From contig CM041465.1 of NCBI GenBank assembly GCA_023213395.1, forward strand, positions 36,835,741 to 36,899,740: a stretch of DNA of 64,000 nucleotides, written 5' to 3'. This DNA comes from Cycas panzhihuaensis (Eukaryota; Plantae; Cycadophyta). A program made the position numbers and the translations under genes. Below the pieces are notes generated by a model. That model did no database searches. It was not told the DNA's origin and saw only the letters and a program-made list of their open reading frames with translations. This document shows, piece after piece, positions 55,491 to 64,000 of this stretch. Numbering within the stretch: the first letter of the stretch is position 1; each line of letters begins with the position of its first letter.

Positions 55491-56679
55491 TGTTGAGAAA
55501 CAGGTATCAAACCATATACAACACCGTCATGAACACAAACAGAATTGAGTTATCTTGAATATAATCTTCTTTGTTGTATTGAGATTGACATGAGTACATA
55601 TTTATAATGCATGATCACCGCATGTTTAACCAATTACATGAAGTGACCACTAAGACTACCACGATGCACACGCTTTAATAACTCATTTTAATATTCCTAA
55701 AAGGTTTAAGTGACCCCTTAGTGCTAACACACTTATTAACGTTAATATTACCCTTTTAACATTAGACCACTATTATTTCTAGCACATTAAACATTATCTC
55801 TAACACTCCCTTATAATGTTTAATGTCAAACAAAACATTTTCAAACTACGTACTAAAGACATACTTGACTAATAAACCAAAGACCACCTATTTGCACACA
55901 TGCATTACAATATAGTATTCCTACTTTCTAACATCAACATCCCCCCTATAATGTTTATTTGGGGTCATTTGAATTTGCAGTGTCTCATCCTTGGAAATGT
56001 CTTGAAGATGATATCTTCAACTTATTCTTCAACTTCAATCTAGTGATGTTGTCCTTGTTGTAGTAGTTCTCGAAAGAATTGATCCTTTACTGAACGCCAT
56101 ATCAAAGTATCACAAGTACTACGCTTTCTTTTATTTGGAGTCCACACAAATGAGTACCAGAACAACATAAAACATGCTCAGATCTACTTTGTCTAATCCA
56201 GTTTTATCCAACATTGTCAACAGTCTTTCATTCACTACCTTATTGAGTTGAGCTCGCCAATGATCGGGCCATATGACAAGCACTTTGCTATACTTCTTTG
56301 TTAGTCTTTCATACCTGCCCACATCTGTAAACAGGCCCCCGAGATTATATTAAGCATCTATGTGATCAGTCTTAAGGTTTATGGCCTTTTAAAACTCCAT
56401 AGCTCTTTCATCCTCTATTAAATAAGAATGACATCCAAATAATCGCATAGGAAGAGAGAAGATAGGATAGAACGATTCGTCCTTGTACATGTTGATGTTT
56501 GTTGATACAGTTGGAACCTGTTATGTTTTCGTGGCATAGTTCTTGACCAACTGATTTGTTCCCCCTATATCAAACAAGGGTGTTGAAGTTACTGCACAAA
56601 ACAACTTAAGATCATAGCATACTACAAATGTGTAAAATGTTTCTCTTAAAACAATGGCCATGGTGGCATTTGCTATGTC
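55491..56679 (-). mobile_element. Copia-like element B: 3' LTR 55491-55805, PPT, internal region with captured gene fragment
   Basis: LTR termini tgttgagaa...tctctaaca. Minus-strand cattataagggag|tgttagag is the same PPT/LTR context as at 60564. No RNase H precedes the PPT. Confidence 0.7.
56082..56418 (-). pseudogene. Fragment of an At1g05150/At2g32450-like EF-hand/TPR protein gene, internally deleted
   Basis: Translates IEDERAMEF*KAINLKTDHIDA*YNLGGLFTDVGRYERLTKKYSKVLVIWPDHWRAQLNKVV-NERLLTMLDKTGLDKVDLSMFYVVLVLIC/frameshift/PNKRKRSTCDTLIWRSV. This matches my recollection of two separate regions of that plant family (EDERAIEVFQRAIDLKPGHVDALYNLGGLYMDLGRF..VWPNHWRAQLNKAV and INERILSVLD..GRVDLGMFYAV..KRKRVAFDALLWRP). 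Confidence 0.82.
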
Positions 56680-57551
56680 TGTTAAACCTTATGTTTACAT
56701 GTTAATCCTCTGTACTTTATTTTTCATGTAATATTTGTACTTTTATACTTTAGGGGTGACTTATCACTTAAGTGATAAAATGCACACTCACATTCTTTCC
56801 TAGTGACACAACATTGTCACTAAAGGGTCAAATGGACCCCCATGCACTTTTGCTCACTTGAGAGCCCAAAAGGACACGTCCTACATGCAAGGCATGTACC
56901 TTGGATGTTTGACACTTATCAAACATCCAATGCCTTAGGTCTCTCCCTTTGACTCTATATATTGAGACCTCTCCTCATTGTTCTCATATTGAGTTGGAGC
57001 TGTATTGTTATGCTGCCAGTTTGCTAATCAAACTGCTATTCATTTGGAGGTTTGACCAATTCCAACTCCTCATCTTTGGTATCTTTTTTGCTCTTTCTTT
57101 TCATGCATGATCTTACTCATGTTTGATCTCATAGTTTCATTCTTAGTCTAGTTTATTTGCTCTCTAGAACTAGAGTGAATATAGCTTCTAGATCTTGGGA
57201 TTGTAAGGCCATTTGGCCATTTCTACATTTGGTATCAGAGCTAGAGGAGACTAGTTCCCTTTGTTCTGATTTTTTCTTACTCAAAGGAGATTCAAAGTAG
57301 GTTCTACTACTGCTTGGTGATGACCTTCGCTCTCCGAAGGCGATCTAGGGCGTGTTTTAGACTTACAACTGTAGATCAAGCTTTGCGGAACAGTGCTGAA
57401 GGCTGGAGAAGGTATATTTCTCAGATCTGAAATTTTTTTCAGACTACCAGCTGAGTTTTTGAGCTGGTTTACTCATTTTTTCCTTGTGTTTTTCATCAAA
57501 ATTGGGTTTTTTAACTAATATTTTCCTCACATTTGGGTGCTGAGTTATTCT
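56680..57551 (+). mobile_element. Copia element C: 5' LTR 56680-57227, PBS 57230-57241, leader (interrupted)
   Basis: LTR colinear with 2951-3503, followed by TGGTATCAGAGC. Confidence 0.92.
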
Positions 57552-60354
57552 TGAAAGACGAAATGGAGACAATACATGAGCCAGAATCTATTGAGAAGCT
57601 GGAGAGGACATCGAAATATGAAGGACAATACACTAGATTAAAGAAATGATGTAGTACAACGTAAAAGATGATAGGGAGGAGTATTGCATCTCAACTCAAC
57701 CTATCTCAACATACAAGTATGAAGGAGAATTCCTCTCGACGCTTCACCTACAAGAGACACTTACAGCAGCATAACTTTTACTCAAAATACTACATACCAA
57801 AACATGAGAATATGACTCCTTATAAAGGAGTATGAACGATCAGGATCTCAACACATGTCACTGATCAAGACTAAGAGCCAAATCTGATTAGGACTCTACT
57901 ATCTCCAAGGATAAGAATAGAGCCCACAAAAGTTGACTTCTCACAAGCACATGTGAGAAAAGTCACTACAAGACAAAAGACAATTTTATAATGCAACAAA
58001 TGAACACTTTAGGATTAAGGGCCTAAAGTGACAAAAATATTAATACACACGGTCAAGACTTAATGCTTAGGAATGAAGGTTCTAACACCCCCCCTGAATG
58101 GATACAACATTAAGTTGAATGCCGAGGCCGCTTCTGAAATGCTCGAACTTCTCTTTCCCAAGTGGCTTGGTGAAGATGTCGGCTAGCTGATGATCAGTCG
58201 GCTTGTAGACGAGGTTGATTTCACCTTGCTGCACATGCTTTCTGATGAAATGGTGATGGACCTCAATATGCTTAGTGCGAGTGTGAAATACCAGATTCTT
58301 GGCAATCTTGATAACACTCTGATTGTCACAATACAATGGTGTTGGGAGTGTTTGCTCAAGTCCAAGCTCTTCAAGAATCCGTCTGAGCCAAATAGCCTCA
58401 CATGCTGCGCTGACAACAACTTTGTATTCAACTTCAATGGAGGAAAGCGTAACATTTGGTTGCTTTTTGCAACTCCATGAAACAATAGTTGACCCAAGGT
58501 TGAAACAATACCCTGAGGTGGATTTCTGGCTATCTTGGCATCCAGCCCAATCTGAATCTGAGAACCCTTCCAGTGTGAAGTTCTCATTGCATGTGTACTG
58601 AAGACCATACTGCAAAGTACCTTTGAGGTATCTGAGGACGCATTTTGCAGCATTCCAGTGTCACTGATTGGGGCTAATCATATATCTGGAACATATTCCA
58701 ACCGCATATGAAATGTCATGTCTAGTGTTAGTCAAGTAGATGAGACTACCTACTAGTTGCCTAAAATGGGTGGAATCAACAGTTTTTCTTTCTTCATTCA
58801 TCGACAATTTTGTACCTGTCTCCATGGGCGTTGGTGAAGGTTTGCAGTCTTCCATTTTGAATCACTGCAAAATGTTCCATGTATACTTGGCTTGAGAAAT
58901 GAAAATGTGACCTGGCTGCTGCCACACTTCCATACCAAGAAAATAGTGAAGAAGTCCAAGATTTGTCATCTCAAAACTTCTTTTCAAGTCCCTTTGGAGA
59001 CGCTCAATCAGATTTACATCATTTGCTGTGATAATTAATTCATCAACATAAAGAACAACAATTGTGATGTGTTGGTTTTGAACCTTGATATATAGGTTCG
59101 AATCTGATGTGGATCGATGAAAATTGTGTTGCAAAAAGTAGTCATTGATCTTTTAATGCCAAGCATGTGGCGCCTGTTTTAGACTGTACAAGGCCTTTTT
59201 AAGGTGACAGACAAGATGTTCATTGCCGACAGAAATATATCCAGGAGGTTGTTCCAGGTAGACCTCCTCAGTCAAATCGCCATTGAGAAAGCCGCTTTTG
59301 ACATCCATTTGATATAATGGCCACTTGCATTGGGCAGCTAAGGCCATAACAATCCTGATGGTATTCATATTGGCTACTGGTGCAAAAGTCTCGGTGTAGT
59401 CAATGCCTTCTTGCTGTTTGAAGCCTTTAGCAACAAGGCGAGCCTTATGTCGTTCAATAGTACCATCGGACTTATACTTGAGTTTGTAGGTCCACTTACA
59501 ACTGATGGCTTGTTTGCCATGTGGTAACTCAACCAAGTCCCATGTGTCATTTTGGTAAATGGAGTGGATCTCGTCATCCATGGCAGTTTGCCACTTTTCG
59601 TCTGTATATGTCTCCTCAAAAGTGGAAGGCTTAAGAGCAGTAAGCACTTCAGCCATAGGTGCGTAATTGACAGTGGACGATGGCCGCAATTTGGATGGTC
59701 GTTTTCCTTAAACAATCTGTGAATCTGCAATAGTTTGCACGTACCATTTGGGTAGCTTCTTCGACGATGTAGCTTCATGGTCCTATGTTGGAGGTGCTTG
59801 TTGAACCTCTGAAGAAGAAGAAGAAGGACTCAATGAAGGTACTAAGGAAGATGAGGAGGAAGAAGAAGCAGCTGGTGCAGATGAAGTACAAGGTGTTGAG
59901 GAAGATGAAGGAACATATTCTTCAAGAATGGCTTTGCCTTTGTCAAGGGAGAGAGTAGGAATGCTGACGTCGATCTCCCTATTGTCTTCTGAAAAGACAA
60001 CGTCTCGTGAAGTATGCATCTTTTTGGTAAGAGGATCAGATAAGCGATATGCTTTACTGCCAGGAGCATATCCGACAAAGATACATTTGAGACTTTTGTC
60101 GTCGAATTTCCGACGTTGCTCATGAGGAATGTTCATATAGGCCTTGCATCCAAAAGTTCGTAAGTGACTGATCGTTGGTTTCGGTCCAGCCTCCTCGGTG
60201 TCATGCCCGAAAGTGCGGTTGAGTGCGATTTGACAAGTATGCGAGAATATGCGATTCTTCGCCCAATATGATAATGAGAGACCTTTGGCATGGATCATAG
60301 CTTTTGCTCGACTGACCAAGGTTCTATTCATTCTTTCTGCTACACCATTTTGCT
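57552..60354 (-). mobile_element. Copia element D: INT end, RT, RNase H, PPT, 3' LTR 57552-58087
   Basis: ORFs 58082-58615, 58661-58855, 58862-59134, 59153-59689 and the part of 59783-60493 below 60354. PPT caggggggg|tgttagaacc. Pol closely resembles that of 1-2940. Confidence 0.95.
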
Positions 60355-60981
60355 TGTTGAAACTGCAACACAACCGAAAACTCCAAGACCGAAACGGTAT
60401 CGTGAGATACCTCTTCTTCAATTGAATAAAAATACAAGATACAAAGTGTTTAAATACCCATAAATTTATGAGTATAACATAAGCCGACCACAAATATTAT
60501 TGTAAATACATGAAGCTTGTAAGCCGACTGCTATAAATGTGCATTACAAGTTACTTTTCTAACACTCCCCCATAATGCACATTTTGAAAAATTCCCAAAC
60601 CTTCTTTAAACTTGTAATGCTTGATCCTTGGTAGAGCCTTTGTAAATATATCAACAATTTGATCTTCTGTACTGCAATGTATAAGTTCAATCTGTCCCTC
60701 TTGAACTAGCTCTCGAATGTAGTGGTGTTTGATCTCAATATGCTTTGTTCTTGCATGTAAGACTGGATTCCTTGACATTTGTATTGTGCTTTGATTGTCA
60801 CAATAAATTACCGTAGGATTGCTTTGCCCTTGATGTAGATCTTCAAGCAGTCTTATAATCCAAACAGCTTCTCGACTTGTCGCTTCAGCTGCTTTATATT
60901 CTGCTTCTGTTGTGGATAATGACACAGTGGGTTGTTTCTTTGTATTCGAAGATATTGCTGCTGAACCAATGTTGAAGATAT
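60355..60981 (-). mobile_element. Copia element E (short-LTR family): RNase H, PPT, 3' LTR 60355-60564
   Basis: IFNIGSAAIS..KKQPTVSLSTTEAEY..CDNQS..HARTKHIEIKHHYIRE. PPT gggggag|tgttagaaa. The LTR ends tttcaaca inside D's QNGVAER region. Confidence 0.93.
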
Positions 60982-63900
60982 TGTTGAGATATAATGTTTT
61001 ATCTAGAAAAGAAAGGGGGGTCATGTTAGGACCACCCTTAATGTACTCTTTCTTTTCTGTTTAAGTTATGCTCTGTTTTTCTACATGGTATCAGAGCAGG
61101 TCAGTCTAACTGATCATCTGGAGACTATTTCTTCTGCAAAGAAATCCCAGTCAAAGGTGTAAGGGGCAGACAAGGCAGTTGGGGTTTTGTGCACCAGGCC
61201 AAGATCATTTCTATCCCTGCGTACGGAACCGTACGGTCTTGTACGGACGTGTACGGACACGGAAAATTTCAAAGTGTTAGATTGGAGCGAAACTTGGTGG
61301 GGACCTAGATCAAGGCATGCTGAAGACATCTTTCTACTGGAGCCGAGCGATTTGAAGCCATTTTGCAGGCCAAAAAGCCCTCGAACCGATCACATGGATT
61401 GAGGAGGATCTCTCAAAAAACTCATCGATCTGTTCTCAGTATCGGGTAATTTCTGTTCTAAATCCTTCTTAGTGACAGTACATAAAGATTCCAGGCAGAT
61501 TCGAAGAGATTTTTTTAGTTTTTTCACAGATTTTTCTTCAAATACAATTTTTGCCCTAGCCGCCGATTTTTACTCTGAGCCAGATTTCTCTCTTCTGAGA
61601 AATTTTTTTGGAAAACCGTCTTCAGTTCTGGGCAGTGACCAAAGTCCTTCGATTTGAGGTACATTTGTATTTTGGCCGTACACCTAGGGTTCGTCTGAAT
61701 TCCGTCTGCATTTTACAGACTTCAAAACCTGTCCTTTAACCTGGAAAATAATGTCTTCCTCTCTCATCTCTCTACGAACGAGAAAAATTAATCGGTTCAA
61801 ATTATCATGTATGGAAAATTAAAATAGAAACAATTTTGAGGGTGAAAATGCAGGAAATTGTTGAAGGGACAGAAAAACGTCCTCCAGTTGGTGATGATAA
61901 GCTAGGAAATTGGATTGAAAGAAATAATATGGTCAGTCTCACCTTAAAAATGTCCATTTCCGATTCTGTCCTCATTTATGTCGAAAAATTGAATCAGGCA
62001 TCTAAAATCTGGAAATGCTTGGAAAATTTATATGGACAAAAGAATAAGGCAAGAATAATTGCACTCAAAGAAGAGTTGTACAAGCTTCACATGAAAGAAA
62101 ATGAAGAGGTAGAAGAATTTATGCATAAAATCATTACTGTGAGAAACAATCTCTTGAGTGCTGGTGGTCTAATTTCTGAACAAGACCTTGTGGAAATTGT
62201 AACAGCAAGACTGCCAAAGTCATTTGACACAATTGTCAACACTATCACAGACAGTGATAGGTTAAACAAATTAACTCTTGATGAATTGACAGGTTTATTA
62301 TTAAGACAAGAACAGAGAAACAGAAGATATGAAAGCACGGCAATTGGAGGATGCATTTTGCGTCGTGATCAATCTCGGGCCAAGAGGAAGACAACAATTT
62401 CAAGGACCAAGCGTAACATCGACTTAGGGACGAGGACACTGGCAAAGTTCCAGAGGACAAGGGCCTTGAAAGCAGTGCTACAACTGTGGAAGAACTGGAC
62501 ATTTCGCCAGCAATTGTAGAATCTTTGACATATGCTGCTACTGCGGACAAAGTGGACACTATCCATATCAGTGCCCACAGAGACGAAGCAAAATTCAGAA
62601 AGGAAAGCGGCCTATTGGAGGCTACAACAAAGAAAAGGACGAAGAGGAAGAAGAAGAAGAGGAGACGGTATTCATCATAGCATTGGTTACCGGTATGAAA
62701 GACAAAGATATATGGTACATAGATTCAGGAGCCTCCAAACATATGACAAGTCGGGAAGAATGGTTTCAAACCATGAATCCCTACAACATGGACAAATCAG
62801 TAGAACTGGGTGACAAGTATTCCCTTAATCAAAAGGGATTGGAACTATTTCAGTAAATCTGGATGGAAATGAAAAAAGAATTGGAAATGTCTTGTTTGTA
62901 CCAGATCTAAAAATGAATCTCCTCTCTGTCTCTCAATTGAGCAAAAAGGGTTTGAGAACCATTTTTGATGAAGAAGGGAATTGCCACATTCTAGATATGA
63001 AGAAAGATGGAAAAATTGTTGGAAAAGGAGTCAGATGTAATGATCTTTACAAACTCCTGTCAGATCCTGTACTTCCTTACATGGAAGAAAAAGCTTGTAC
63101 TGCTTCTAAATCTAGTAATAAAGCATGGCATTTGAGGTATGGGCATCTTTTGATTGATACACTTAAACAAATGAAAAAATTAGGAATGGTAAATGGCCTA
63201 CCTAATATTTCATTAGATACATTTGTTTGTAAAGGTTGTCAACTCGGCAAGCAGCCTGCACTTCCTTTTAAAGAAAGTACTTGGAGAGCTCAATCTAAAT
63301 TAGAATTGGTACACACAGATATCTGTGGTCCAATTACACCTCTAACAATTAATGGATGCAGATATTTCTTAACTTTCATTGATGACTTCACTCGGAAAGT
63401 GTGGGTGTATTTCTTATATAATAAGTCAGAAGTTTTTGAAATATTTAAAGAATTTAAAGCGTGTCGAGCTAGAATCAGGAACGAAAATCAAATGCATCAG
63501 ATTTGATGGAGGAGGGGAATATATATCAAAGGAGTTTCTAAATTACTGCAAAGATCGAGGAATTCGTAACAGGTTACAACTCCTTACACCCCTCAGTCGA
63601 ATGGAGTGGCTGAAAGAAAGAATAGAACTCTGATGGAAATGGCTCCAAGCATGATGTATGGAACCAATATATCTAAGACATATTGGGCGTAAGCGATTAA
63701 CAAACATGCTACCTAATAAAGTAAGTCCAACAAAAGCTTTGAAGGATGTCACTCCAGAAGAAGCTTGGACAGGACAAAAACCTGATGTAAGTCTCCTTAA
63801 GGTGTTTGGTAGTCAAGCATTTGTGCATATTTCTGATAAAAGAAGGTCCAAATTGGATGCAAAAAGCATAGAATGTGTCTTAATAGGCTATAGTAAAAAT

Positions 63901-64000
63901 TCAAAGGCATATAAATGCATAGATCCAAAAACAAACAAAATCTATGTAAGCAGAGATGTCATTTTTAACGAAGAAAACTCTGTTGAATCTTCACAAATTA
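60982..64000 (+). mobile_element. Copia element F (short-LTR family): 5' LTR 60982-61085, PBS, gag, PR, INT; runs off the window
   Basis: TGGTATCAGAGC at 61086-61097. Gag NYHVWKIKIE..LPKSFD, CCHC knuckle (CYNCGRTGHFASNC after a frameshift), WYIDSGASKHM, WHLRYGH, LVHTDICGP. Several 1-nt frameshifts. Confidence 0.96.

Noticed and set aside
59783-60493. 236-aa ORF with a novel N-terminus
   Set aside because: The first ~46 residues are read-through from E's LTR into D's integrase.
60551-61024. 157-aa ORF as a single gene
   Set aside because: Chimeric: the start lies in F's LTR (antisense), the body is E's RNase H, and the end runs into E's LTR.

Overview
Eukaryotic, AT-rich, TE-saturated plant nuclear DNA. 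The style (long TE-filled intron, old nested LTR elements) suggests a gymnosperm-like large genome, but that is inference. Most of the window is nested, decayed LTR retrotransposons: Ty1/Copia of a ~500-550 bp-LTR group and a ~200 bp-LTR group; Ty3/Gypsy chromoviruses, one complete at 13796-19773; an Athila/Tat-type Gypsy with an extra 3' ORF; three copies of a pol-less, gag-remnant-only LTR family; solo LTRs; an L1-type RNase H remnant; and a 1 kb TA/CA microsatellite. One probable host gene starts at 45223 (+). It has two phase-compatible coding exons (45223-45455, 46872-46962) encoding a transit-peptide-like N-terminus, and then probably enters a long intron. That intron holds a six-level nest of Copia elements. 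One of them carries a captured, internally deleted fragment of an At1g05150/At2g32450-like TPR gene next to its PPT. No tRNA, rRNA or CRISPR was recognised. All identifications come from reading the sequence and recalling family motifs; no searches were run.
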